Source: Basidiobolus ranarum
Lineage: Eukaryota
Direction: 5' to 3'
Length of the DNA: 33,820 bases
NCBI GenBank assembly: GCA_040143965.1
Contig: JASJQH010006945.1
Coordinates: 1-33,820 of the forward strand
Part shown: one piece after another, positions 22,747-33,820 of the stretch
How the letters are laid out: each line of letters starts with the position of its first letter
Numbering within the stretch: the stretch's first letter is position 1
The notes under the pieces: model-generated
Seen by the model: only the letters and a program-made list of their open reading frames with translations
Told to the model about the DNA's origin: nothing
The model's database searches: none
Translations under genes and position numbers: made by a program

Positions 22747-24739
22747 ATGATAAATTCACCTACCTATCTAAACGATAACGAAGTAAATCTCAGCTCAAGA
22801 TCTTATTCCACAAAGTCTGCAGAGACGATAGAAATATTACTGTCTCAAATAGATTCATTACGCAAAAGTGCGCCAATATCTTATTTTATTATCAACCAAA
22901 TCTCACTCTAATGTTTTGATAGCCTTACTTTGTAGTATCTGTGTTGAAACACTTGAACGACCACACACCTTGCACTGTGGGCATACCTTTTGTGGCCCTT
23001 GTTTAGTACAATGGTTCCATGTGAATAAAGTATGTCCTTCCTGTAGAATATCAGTCCAAAGTCCACCTGCCATCTCGTACACCTTACAAGAGCAACTATG
23101 TCTTCTATATGCTTTCGATAGAACGAATTACCCACTGGTTAGACACAACTTAAAGCATAGTAATATTGAAATGTCAACTGGAACAAACGCAGGAGAAAGC
23201 AGCTTCCCTACAAGAAGGCACTATGATCCTTCTAAAGTTCATAGTTCTGATAAACCTGATCCTTTCATTACTGGTGAGATATGGGATACAGTTTTTGCTG
23301 AGCCTGAGCCTCTCTGCTCGTATGTATTTCAACACTTCTTATTTGATCACATCCGCATTATTAACTCGGTATCATCTTGATAGAACTCGGATATCTGAAG
23401 ACACAACCTTTAATTCTACAAATACAATGGAGCAATTCGAGTATGTACCTTGATTTTGTTCATAAAGCTGTGCAATATATGAGTGATTTAACTGTTCATT
23501 TATTCTTAGTTTTCCGCCTAGTAATTATTTGTCATTTCTAAGGTGATACACTTTCTTTTATATCAATCCATCAAGATATGACTATTAAATAATTACTAAT
23601 TCGCTAGAAACAGCGCTTTAAGTGCATCAAGTTTCGCACCCTCCATAATCTCTAACCTGGACCAAGATGAACACTATGTTAGAGAAGAAGATGGATTTAG
23701 TGATATACAAGATCCTCCAACAATACGTAGAAACCCTGATTTATGGGTCAGTGAGGGTGCTGATTTGAGCACTACTCCAACACATTCACTAAGACAAAAC
23801 CATCGATTTGGTATTCCCACCAGTGTTCTTGACTGGTCTGAGGAAGTTGAGGAAAGTAGTATTTTGAGTGATAATGAATTTTCAGAGAATGGTGAAAACT
23901 CTCTAGTCTCTCACACGTCTGAGGATGCTGAGACAAGTCTAGATACTCTTAGCTGTCATCAAGATAGCGACAGCAATTCACTAAACTCTGGTAACTCAAG
24001 ACCTCTTGAATACCTTGGTAGTAATATAGCCCGAGAGGGTTCTGAAAATATCTATTGTTCGAGTCCAATGATTCCGTGCCTATCCCCACCGTTAGAGGAG
24101 AGCTTTCTACACGGTGCTTCGGAGATAACCTCAGAATGCAGCTCTGTAAACACTCGTCGCTTCAAGAATATCAGTAGCCCTGAGTCGCAATGCCCCAATT
24201 GTGGATGGCACTTTTCAGCGAATGGTGATGTGGAGAGCACAATCGAGAGAGAGTCTTCGAATCACTCGGATGTCATTTCAACCACTGATAGCAGTTCGAT
24301 GACAGAACAAGCGCAGATTGCTGATATGTACAACTCTAATGGTTCATCCAGTGATCAACAGTTCTCTAGTGATGAGGATAAGGATGTATCCATTTTCTCA
24401 GATAGCCTGGCCCTCCAAAGCCAAGAATCATATCAGAACAGTGATATGGAAGAGTTTGATTCGCAAGTCATTTCAGACACACACGAGTATAACAGGACTA
24501 TAGGCTTGCTGATCGATCAATCCTCGGGATTGTTTTCCAATATGTGGGACTCGGCTTTGGGACGCTCAGACATTCAAATGAATCCTAGTTTCTTGGAACA
24601 GGTGTTCTTGGATTCGCAAGAAACACCATTGCAAGATTCATTTGCTTACGACAGTGAAGAAGACTCTTTTAGTTCTGATATTAATATCCAATGTAATGTT
24701 GAAATGGATAGTTTATCGAGTAGTTCTGATGAATCTTAA
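22747..24739 (+). CDS. C3HC4 RING-finger E3 ligase with long acidic/Ser-rich tail (Psh1-like architecture), 5 exons
   Basis: Exons 22747-22867, 22923-23319, 23384-23440, 23510-23542, 23608-24739 splice in frame. RING: CSICVETLERPHTLHCGHTFCGPCLVQWFHVNKVCPSCR. A downstream CPNCGW lies in a D/E/S-rich region. Confidence 0.85.
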
Positions 24740-24916
24740 TAGCTACGAAATAACCAGCCATCCGCTTCTCAACACTGTACAATTATAATCGCTTTATTCA
24801 ACATCTGTTTAATAATATCAATACATATCTCATGCATGAGCTAGTGCTTTGGTAAATTTTAGCTGTCATTGTTTCTCTACATGATGAGCATGGATACTTC
24901 AACCTGAATTGTGAAT

Positions 24917-24940
24917 AATTCGGGAATTCGGGAATTCGGG
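24917..24940 (+). repeat. 8-bp tandem repeat (AATTCGGG)x3
   Basis: aattcggg aattcggg aattcggg seen directly, upstream of the trypsin gene. Confidence 0.85.
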
Positions 24941-25223
24941 GAAAAGCCCTCACAAAATACTATCAATCGGAAAATTGCCATCTATGAAATGACGAGGAAT
25001 ATAATTGATGAATGCACCTCTCGATGCAAGTAAATATGTAGAGTTACGTATGAATAGTCAATCTACAACGATATTAAAGCGTTGGGTCGACCGTTATGTA
25101 TTGTTCGAGTCTTTCTACTCAACACACAATATTGGTTTCTTTCACTATCTATTTGGTGCACTGGTTCATATCAACAATATCCCATCTAATTAAAACTCTC
25201 TCAATACTGCTTCTACCTCTCCA

Positions 25224-26277
25224 ATGATCAGATTAGAATGGCTATTCTTCGTGCTTAGTCTATTCTTCATGCTTGGTCTAGGGAACTCCCTCATTCTAAA
25301 AAATAAGGTTGACAATATTCGCGGTGGCGTCCCAGTTGAAAGCATTGAATACCCCTATTTAGCACATATATTCATACGTGATTACCCATCTTGCGGTGCA
25401 AGTATCTTGGATTCAGATTGGATTATCACTGCGGCCCATTGTTTGTTTACCAGTTCTAAGGCCCAACCCGTGGACTTTGAGGAAGTCAAAGTGGTGGTGG
25501 GTAATACGCCAAGTGGTTTAATTAACCCTATCAATATTCGTGGGTACATGATAAATCCGAATTTTCGGTTAGATACTTATTCGGTAGGGGAATCTTTTAT
25601 AACCGAAGTCGCTATTATCTTGCTAAATAAGCATCCTTTGTATGTCATAGAACGATATAGCCTTGATTCAACTGAAGACTAGTCTTACTTTTAACTCTAC
25701 TGTTCAATCAGTTGTCATAGGCGAGGATATTTTGGAGCCGTATCAATCATTGGTCGCTTTAGGTTGGGGTCAAACTGAGTTGGAAGAAACTTCGGAGAGA
25801 CTGCAAGCTGTGGGCCTTCATACTTCTCCCTTGGCCCAATGTCACTCACAAATTCCAGCATTTCACGATCATAATGGACAATTCATATGTACTGACTTCG
25901 TCCTGGGGAAAGATACATGCCCTGGAGACTCTGGTGGGCCATTAATTCGATTAGATGAAGAAAACATCCATAACCGTATGGATAAATTAATGGGAATCAC
26001 CAGCTTCGGAGTTAATTTGATTAGAAATCAACAAGGGGGAAAATGTGGTGAAAATCCTAGCTTAGGATACTACACAAGAGTGTCAACTCATTTGGATTTC
26101 ATTGAGTCAGTCACTGGGATGTCTAAAGATGAACTTGTTGGCTTGGTTCCAAAGGAATCTACTATGAAGCTATCAAAATTACAAACATCATGGGGTCACG
26201 GACAGAGTCAAAAGGGCAGTACTCCTTTGTTGACTATTCTTACTATTTGGATATCCCTTGTCCTCTCATATCGGTGA
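25224..26277 (+). CDS. Secreted trypsin-like S1A serine protease with hydrophobic C-terminus, 2 exons
   Basis: Signal peptide; mature start IRGG; CGASIL; TAAHC (His); NDIALI (Asp, created by splicing intron 25584-25650); DTCPGDSGGP (Ser, with Asp189-type pocket); GITSFG; YTRVS; C-terminal PLLTILTIWISLVLSYR. Confidence 0.93.
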
Positions 26278-26567
26278 ATTGATTCCTAGGGATCGTTCTA
26301 TTTTACTTTCCATATATATGTACATTATACCCTTGCATAGTATTTGTCTATGTTAAACGATCTATTTAAAAGCGTAATATATTTATACACTTGAACATAT
26401 ATATTCTTGAAAACCTTGGGTTAAACGTGAAGTATATTGAAAAGGTGTGATGTAAAGACAAGCCAATTCTCAACTCTAAAAAACAGATGGATAAATGAAT
26501 AAATATGGATGACGCTCAACACCCCCATTCGATAGAGAAAGGTCCTCTGAAAAAGAAGGAAAACGTA

Positions 26568-26891
26568 TTAAAGATACTTCAAAACTGTTCCAGAGACACG
26601 CTTTTGACGTTCAGCCTTTCGATCTTCAAGCTAAATAAAATGATATATAAGAAACTCGGGTCTAAATCTAATCATTCAAGAAACACAACTTACCCATTTT
26701 CTTTTACATTCTTTGTATTCATCAAAGAATTGGGTACATTTGCTTTTATCATAATTATTTTTATCTAAACATTTGTAACTACGCTTGGTATGTTCTGCGC
26801 AAGGATCCATGAACTTTGAAGCCTCCTTAATATCGAACTCTCTGCGGGCTCTTTTAGGTTCAGCTTGAGTTTCCACTGTTGGCTCAGACAT
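26568..26891 (-). CDS. COX23: Twin CX9C mitochondrial intermembrane-space protein Cox23 (CHCHD7-like)
   Basis: SKFMDPC-x9-CLDKNNYDKSKC-x9-CKRKW. Intron 26693-26631; exon 2 LEDRKAERQKR. A further 3' splice cannot be excluded. Confidence 0.9.
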
Positions 26892-27207
26892 ATTAAAGTA
26901 TACTATCGTTGAGTAATGGTCAAGTAAACGATCAATTATTTTCCATTATTCAAGCTGTATGACTAAAATCATGAGTTAAACTTCGCATTGCGGTATGATT
27001 TCCACCCACATCCCCATTAAAATAACCGACATGGGGTGTTGATTGTGCTACACGGATAATATGATTTCCGAATGATCTGCATTTCTAACCGCTTGAAAAG
27101 CCACATAGTTCATTGTCAAAATGGAAGTGTTGGCTACTTTTCCATCATCCAAGCCTAAATACCGTTTAAAAAGTGATATTGAGCTGAGGAATCAGTGCGT
27201 CGCTTCT

Positions 27208-27339
27208 ATATCACCATCACTTTCATATCACCATCACTTTCGCCAGATAAAGAACGAGACGGAACATTTCGTGGCAACCGTTGTGTATAAATCCCAAGAT
27301 ATTTTTATGGCAACCGCTGTGTATAAATCCCAAGATATT
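27208..27339 (+). repeat. Two adjacent short tandem duplications (17 bp x2; 36-bp period x2)
   Basis: ATATCACCATCACTTTC at 27208 and 27225; TGGCAACCGYTGTGTATAAATCCCAAGATATT at 27272 and 27308. Confidence 0.9.
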
Positions 27340-28332
27340 AAAAACGCCAAGAGATTTCAAATATGTGGGATTTTGTAGAACTAGAGAGACAAGTTACACA
27401 TCTAAGCCAGTCACTTCTATAACATGATCAACATATTTGATGCAGTGGTATTACAAGTCATGCAAGAGTCTCAGGCATAGCTTACAAAAAAGGAACATCG
27501 TGGAAAATCAGAGGAGCGGAAACTATGCGACCAAGAATATTCTCTACCTTGATTTTATTTGGATAAAGTATATCTTAAACGCTATGAAGCGAATCAGGTT
27601 CAGTTGCTTCAAACCATCCATCATGTGCTGTTTGACTCTACCGATCTACACCACTTCTAGGCTCATTGAGGAAGGAGTGGAAGCAGTTGTGTTCTTAGAA
27701 TCAACACGTACGTGCAGATCAAGATTTTTAGTTCATTGGCTGTTAGATCCTGATATCTTACTCGTTACGTCGGCTGGTACGTCGCTGGTACGTGAGATTA
27801 GCTTAACCTCTAAAGGAACATGGCTACGTAATATTAAGCGGCAACTTCATATACAAGCCTCTGAGACACGTAACCAATTGAAATGATGTCGTGTTTTAAT
27901 CTCATCAATAAGAATTATTTTGACTTCCGTTGGCCATTCATCAATCTTATTCAGAATCTATATTAATCGCCATTTTAATCGCCAACAATTGTTCCACCCA
28001 AACCGTTGTCTTTTTTTCGGATAGATTATTCGATGAATCCGTAGCGTCAAAGGGGTACCTAATATGTTCCGTAAAGGGAAATGGGGAATACATTATATTT
28101 AAATAGATTTCTCTTATATATTGTCATGGCTCTTCATTCTATTGGATATGGCCATCAACCAATCATACCGGACTTGTTTGAATTTATATAAAAGGCAGTA
28201 GATGTCATAGCGAATGTAATCGTTTGTCAGCATTCCTCATTTTGGTTTTATCCTAGTCAATATCAATCAATTAGTATATCAAAATTTATCTTATATAATA
28301 TTTCTTCTTAGGTTTGTCCTTCCCCTCACAAC

Positions 28333-29736
28333 ATGTCCCAAATGAAAGGCTTTCCCTGCGAGGCCTCATATTCTAATCAAGAGTATTTACCTTCCCCATT
28401 GTCTGAGAACGAGTTTAGTGATATTGCTGCTACCACGCGCATAGGTGAATTAGAATTCCAACTTCAAAAGCTTCAAAATGATAACGATGCGTTGGCTGCT
28501 AGCTTGAGAGGCGTAACTGATGAAAAAGTACTTCTAGAACGAGAATTGGCAAAAGCACAACTCGACTTGAAGAATTCCAAGGAAATGGTCGATGATTTAC
28601 GCTCCACACTCTCAAAAATCCGTACTTCCGACGCCACCCAATTGCAATTGGATATGCAAAGTCTTGCTGAAAAATTGATTGTCGAGACTGCGACACGAGG
28701 TGAAATCGAACACGCTAAACTTCAAATTGAAACTGAATTGGAAGATTTATCTGCCAAATTATTCGAAGAGGCCAATAGAATGGTCGCTATCGAAAAAAAA
28801 TCCCGTTTTCAAACGGAACACAAACACACCATCCTTGAGCGTCAACTTGCTGAGGTTCAAGATCTTGCAAAGTCACAGAAAGAAGAATTAGAGGACCTCA
28901 AATCGAGGTTGGAGCAAACTGCTGATGAGAAAGATAAAGAGTCAGCTGGGAGAATTAAGATGGAAAAGGAACGTGATGAGTTAGAATTGGCCTTAATGGA
29001 TGGTAGTATCTCCGGCTCCCCCAGATCGTCGTATAGATTAAGCAGAAATGGAAGTAACCGGTTATCACTCTCATCAGTCCGGTCTGATTCCGCCTACGAT
29101 AGCTCGTATTCAGATTACGAAGGTGGTAATGATTTTGAACTATCGTTTCACCTTAGTGACTGCCGTTTCGAAGAGTTCAAAGAGTTCCTAGATGTACCCA
29201 AGAACCCAAAAAATATGTTCACCTCGAAGTTCATGAAGAGATCCATCGCTGAAGATATTGAGCCTGCTATGCGATTTGAGTCCTCTAATGTTCGTGGCTG
29301 GTTCCAGCAACGTAAATTAACGAATGCAATTCAATCCGGCACCCTTGTAATCGAAACGGTCAATTCTAACTCCCCAGCCTCTTCACCTGTGTCTTCACCA
29401 AACTCCAAATGCCCAACTCCAACTGCAGCCTCTAATACTTGTAACTTGTGTCTGCACACGATTAACACACCCATGATGTACCGCATTCGCTATGATGATT
29501 TTGATAATGAGCCTAAGGAGGTCTGTGCCTTTTGCAGAGAGAGGCTATTTTCGGTGTGTGAATTCTATACTTTTATTAGACTTATCCACGGTGGTATCAT
29601 CAAAGGCACACCACAACGTCTCTACCTAGAAGCAGCTCGACTAAGAATGAAAATGTTTTTAGGTCGAATTGGATCCAACGTCAACACTGATGGATTTGAC
29701 GAAATCAAAGAATCTAATGTCCTCGCTTTGAAATAG
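28333..29736 (+). CDS. SEC2: Sec2/Rabin8-like Rab guanine nucleotide exchange factor
   Basis: Coiled coil with the Sec2 signature IETELEDLSAKLFEEANRMVA; FMKR..EDIEPAMRF; C-terminal CNLC...VCAFCRERLFSVCEFYTFIRLI. CCAAT at ~28159 and TATATAAA at ~28185. Could be a paralog rather than the ortholog. Confidence 0.88.
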   Translation: MSQMKGFPCEASYSNQEYLPSPLSENEFSDIAATTRIGELEFQLQKLQNDNDALAASLRGVTDEKVLLERELAKAQLDLKNSKEMVDDLRSTLSKIRTSDATQLQLDMQSLAEKLIVETATRGEIEHAKLQIETELEDLSAKLFEEANRMVAIEKKSRFQTEHKHTILERQLAEVQDLAKSQKEELEDLKSRLEQTADEKDKESAGRIKMEKERDELELALMDGSISGSPRSSYRLSRNGSNRLSLSSVRSDSAYDSSYSDYEGGNDFELSFHLSDCRFEEFKEFLDVPKNPKNMFTSKFMKRSIAEDIEPAMRFESSNVRGWFQQRKLTNAIQSGTLVIETVNSNSPASSPVSSPNSKCPTPTAASNTCNLCLHTINTPMMYRIRYDDFDNEPKEVCAFCRERLFSVCEFYTFIRLIHGGIIKGTPQRLYLEAARLRMKMFLGRIGSNVNTDGFDEIKESNVLALK

Positions 29737-30292
29737 CTTTGATCATGAATGTTGCTGGGTAACATTCACCCACTACTCACCCATTTCTTAATGATTTTAA
29801 TCGCACATACCTCTCCTTAATGATATCCCATATCCAACATCCCACTTCTCTCACCTTTTACTTTACTACCATATTATTTATAACTAATAGTTTGCACTTC
29901 TTTGTATAATTCATACTTCATGTCAGCATGTACATTGTTTTTCTGTTAATTTTGACGTGTCCAGACAATAAATCCATAATTGCTAGACATAGATCCCTAT
30001 TCATACATTACATTCTACTATGGTTACGCTGTATAGCAATCATATATGGTTAAATTGCCAAATATCCAACATACATAATTAAGCTAATTCATACCATCGA
30101 TTATGTACTTAATTGGCTGTCTATCGTTACTACGTAAAAATCCACTAAAGGTGTTTCCACAGAGCAGACTCTCATCCAAAAATACATGCATCCATCCATT
30201 TAGAGTAAGAGATTGTGTTGTAAGTTATTAAAAATGAAGGCAACACCCCAATTTATTATTTCGACGACATTAGTATCCTTCGTTGAAGGAAA

Positions 30293-30553
30293 TTACTTCT
30301 GATAAGACCAAACGTTCTTCAAGAAACCATCCTTGGTGGCAAGACGGTTAAGTGAATCATCGGATTCTCCAAGTTTACGAACGAATCCAGAGAATGCGTA
30401 GGTTTGGAAAGAACCGGTATAACGACCTTCAGCGTCAACTTCACCAATATTGATTTGAACTGAAGCATGATCCTTGGCAGGAATAAGACGTCCAGTGGCG
30501 GAGCACTTACGGGGGACGTACAAGTCAACAAGAACACCTTGATCGTTTTCCAT
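30293..30553 (-). CDS. RPS21: 40S ribosomal protein S21 (eS21)
   Basis: [36 protein letters not shown]...[21 protein letters not shown]; intronless. Confidence 0.97.
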   Translation of the reverse strand: MENDQGVLVDLYVPRKCSATGRLIPAKDHASVQINIGEVDAEGRYTGSFQTYAFSGFVRKLGESDDSLNRLATKDGFLKNVWSYQK

Positions 30554-31017
30554 TGTTTAAAATTACGAAGTCAACGAAAGTCGAAGCTTTACGGGTGATG
30601 AGAGAAAGAAAGGAAGAATTGTTCTTCATCATTAGTCTGGTTTTGTTCCAACCAGAGAGAAGATGAATCCATGAGATCACGTGATGTATGTGTCGACACT
30701 GAAATCATCCATAGAATACCAGAAAAATTTAGGGATTCCGAGGAACTTATTGGTCAGAATAATTTTTTAATATCGCTAAGACATATGGGGATTTGATTGA
30801 AGTTGATTTTTTGGGATAATTTTGGTATGTAGACTATAAGAAAATTCGATAATTTTTCTCTAAATAAAAGTCACGAAGAGAAACTATGATACATCCAAAA
30901 GTAATGAAGGTGATCATAGTTTTTCAATATATGATTCAAAGTTAAGAATACGGTATAGAAGGTAATGTGATATTATAGTGAGACAGACGCTCATACTCTC
31001 AGGATCAGAGATATGTC

Positions 31018-31692
31018 TCAAGTACTATAAGAAGGAGTGGTAGGGGTAGGACCAACATGCCATGATGTTGGCTGGAATGTTGTTGACCAAGAGCTTGGCT
31101 CAGCTATGTATGTCCAGGCTAATTCTGGCTGTTGATTTGGGACTGTTCCTGAATCCGAGTCGAGTTCCTCTGAAGTGGGAGTGGCTAAAGAGGATGAAGT
31201 AGACCAACTATATGTTGAAAATGTTGTGGATTCCGTATGGTAACTCCAGGAGGAGGTCCAAGGAACAGGTGTTCCAGGTAGAGGTGCCGGACTATATGTC
31301 CAAGAACTATGGCTCTTGCTATTCCAAATCGATGGTTCAGATGCGGATGTCCAAGATGATGTCCAAGAGCTGGTCCAAGAGGAATAGTGTACACCGGCTA
31401 TATCATTATTATCAATATAAGTGGGCTTAGGGTTGGTCCAAGTTGTGGTCCATTCAGTGGGTTTTGGCTCCTTCGAGGTCCATGTAGTAGTCCATTCAGT
31501 AGGCTTTGGTTCTTTGGAAGTCCACGTACTAGTCCATATGGCAGTTTCGCTTGGTTTTATAGTCCAAGTAGTGGTCCAACTTGGCTCTGGAATTGCATTG
31601 GAGATTACATATGCGTCAGTAGGAACAGTGAGAGCGCTAATAATTGACAAGTTGCAAATGGCAACCACTGCGAAGAGAGTATTTGGGATCAT
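31018..31692 (-). CDS. Secreted Thr/Ser/Pro/Trp-rich repeat protein, function unknown
   Basis: Signal peptide MIPNTLFAVVAICNLSIISA. 14-aa repeats (EPKPTEWTTTWTSK) whose DNA copies differ at synonymous positions; SSWTSSWTSSWTS; 19 Trp in 224 aa. Confidence 0.85.
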   Translation of the reverse strand: MIPNTLFAVVAICNLSIISALTVPTDAYVISNAIPEPSWTTTWTIKPSETAIWTSTWTSKEPKPTEWTTTWTSKEPKPTEWTTTWTNPKPTYIDNNDIAGVHYSSWTSSWTSSWTSASEPSIWNSKSHSSWTYSPAPLPGTPVPWTSSWSYHTESTTFSTYSWSTSSSLATPTSEELDSDSGTVPNQQPELAWTYIAEPSSWSTTFQPTSWHVGPTPTTPSYST

Positions 31693-32311
31693 AATAAGTG
31701 AATTGATGGCAGGACGAGAAGTTAAAAGATTAATAGGTTTGGTTTTATATCTTTATGTCGGATAGTAATCAACAAACTCTCCATCAGATCGGCTCAAAAA
31801 ACGTGGATTATTTCTCTGATCAATACAAGATGCGCTACATACAAACGTGTTAGACTTACATTCTACTCCATATCTGATGTGTTTACTTGCCCGTCAAATA
31901 ATGTTTGCTTACATCCCACATCGGTACCCCGTTGTTAGTTGTTTGTTTCAGAGTGCAAGGTGCTCACCAATGAAAATGTAATCAGGGAGGCATCCTGTCC
32001 ATCATAAAAGATAATGACACGAGTATACAGTTTGTTAGAGCTCGTTGGGAAGTCACACTTCTATTTGATAGCCAATCTGAGTTTCTTCTGTACTTTGCCC
32101 ATTGAAGCCACACACATAAGGTACCCATGATATTTGTCAACTTGTGATTATGGGTCACTAGTTACTAAATTATTATTGCGAAAGTAGTTATGCATATATT
32201 AGGCTAACATTTCAAATCGTACGTGAGTATATCTCGGGAATGTTTAGAAATAATGTAATTTCAGATTTGTCCAAAATATTGAAATTAGCATTGCCTAAAC
32301 ACCTACATAGT

Positions 32312-32678
32312 TATATAAAGCTTGGTATTTAGTTATCCTATATTGAACTAAGATATCTCCCATTATTGGATATTGGAATTTACTTAGAATATTGGCACCA
32401 ACTTAAAAGTTCTCTGATATATAGATTTTTCAAAGAATCCCCAAACTTTTCACACATGTTCCTGTTCTCAGATATATAGATTTTTCAAACTTGTGCTAGA
32501 AGCCACAAACTGTGCACACTTGTTCCTGGAACCTTTCTTGACACATTTGCCACATTAATTCATTTACATCTTGACAGAACTATAAATGTCAACTGCATAC
32601 TCAATAAATCAGTAAGTAGAGCCACCAATTTCTTTAGTTCTCTAAACCACCTCCAACAGGCTCCTAAGATACTTTAAC
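32312..32678 (-). repeat. Inverted copy of the ~311-bp repeat unit (left arm), with an internal ~55-bp duplication
   Basis: The reverse complement of ~32570-32678 aligns with 33712-33820. gttctcwgatatatagatttttcaaa occurs twice (~32409 and ~32464). Confidence 0.85.
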
Positions 32679-32980
32679 GGGCTATGGGCGCCAAGCTTGC
32701 ACTCTCTTTAATGCCTACTTATCAAATTTCTGGAACTTCTCCTTTCTCCAATAAGTTGAATGGAACAAATTGTTCAGTCTAAAACTCAGAGAAAGCTGCT
32801 CCAAGAAAAGAAACTTTAGGACACTATTGCAGGAGATGAAAACAGTGCGTAATTGTCTAAAACCCAAGCTTTACTCCAGGTTAAAAAAGAGCAATATGCC
32901 AATAATATAATTTGTCATAATATAAAAGGCAAATTGCTAATTGAATGTTCAATAGCCAAAACTGCTAAGAACATTTGGAA

Positions 32981-33820
32981 TGTTGAAGTACTCTGGGACT
33001 CTATTGCATGTGATTTGGAGAGCTGGAGAAGCTAGTGGTTTTCACTTATTGATGTATTGAATTGAAAGTTGACATTTATAGTTTAGTCAAGATGTAAACA
33101 AATTAACATGTGCAATAAGTTAACAGAGGCCTCAGAAACATATGTGCAAGTATGGGGCTTCCACCACAAGTTTGAAAAATCAGAATATCTGAGAGCTTTC
33201 AAGTTGGTAAAAAATGCTCCAAGCCAATTCTGCTGGAGGATCTTGCCAAGATTAGGGTAGACTTTATATATTACAGGCAATTTATGATAGTGCTTTTGGT
33301 TACTCTATTCTTAAGAGAATATAGTGACTCATATGGTGGAAAAGTAAATCAATAGTATGAGATATTCTGGAGTCTGTGTAATAAGATAGAATTGATAAGT
33401 GATAAAGTATTTGGGAGCCTGTTGGAAGTGGTTTGGAGAATTAGAGGAATTGGTGGTTTTCACTGGTTGATTTATTGAGTAGAAAGTTGACATTTAAATT
33501 TAATCAACATGTAAACAGAAAAACTAGTAGAATGTGCTATAAAAGGTTGCAGAAACATGTGTGCAAAGTTTGGGGCTTCTAGCACAAGTTTGAAAAATCT
33601 CTTTATCTGAGAACTTCTAAGTTAGTGTCAATATTATGAGGAAATTCAAATTGACAATAATGGATAATATCTTACTGTAATATAAGACAACTAAATACTA
33701 AGCTATATATTGTTAAAGTACTTGGGAGCCTGTTGGAAGTGGTTTGGAGAATTAGAGGAATTGGTGGTTTTCACTTATTGATTTATTGAGTAGAAAGTTG
33801 ACATTTATAGTTTTGTCAAG
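32981..33820 (+). repeat. Tandem array of diverged ~311-bp units (one spaced ~418 bp), truncated by the window end
   Basis: An identical 52-mer, GGGAGCCTGTTGGAAGTGGTTTGGAGAATTAGAGGAATTGGTGGTTTTCACT, occurs at 33413 and 33724. CACAAGTTTGAAAAATC occurs at 33165 and 33583. GAAAGTTGACATTTA occurs three times. Confidence 0.9.

Noticed and set aside
27437-27886. 149-aa ORF or degenerate HTH-like pseudogene
   Set aside because: TTG start and no family motif. A faint winged-helix resemblance needs several frameshifts and stop read-throughs.
32400-33280. LRR-like peptides (NLKxLRYxDFSN, LIHLHLD) in the repeat units
   Set aside because: Frames are riddled with stops and the 311-bp period is not a multiple of 3; likely coincidental.

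Overview
Eukaryotic, AT-rich, gene-dense window. Short GT-AG introns (mostly ~55-80 nt), Ypd1, Tgl2, Cox23, Sec2 and a HAL-type kinase point to a fungus. The trypsin-family protease and a centriolar-family gene suggest an early-diverging lineage; Basidiobolus-like is my guess and is not verified. About 15 protein-coding genes were reconstructed by hand, several with more exons than the ORF track shows: PY-motif membrane protein, MFS sugar porter, pirin, Tgl2-like lipase, C2H2 transcription factor, NPR2, a ~14-exon miniature OFD1/FOP-family TOF-LisH coiled-coil protein, YPD1, HAL/Npr1-family kinase, C3HC4 RING protein, probably membrane-anchored trypsin, COX23, Sec2-like Rab GEF, RPS21 and a secreted Trp/Thr/Ser-repeat protein. 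The right end is a ~311-bp repeat array with an inverted copy (foldback or satellite) that runs off the window. Most interesting: the hidden centriolar OFD1-like gene, the secreted W-[TS]3-W repeat protein, the inverted satellite, the anchored trypsin and clustered TTAGGG motifs in promoters. No tRNA, rRNA, CRISPR or transposase was recognised.
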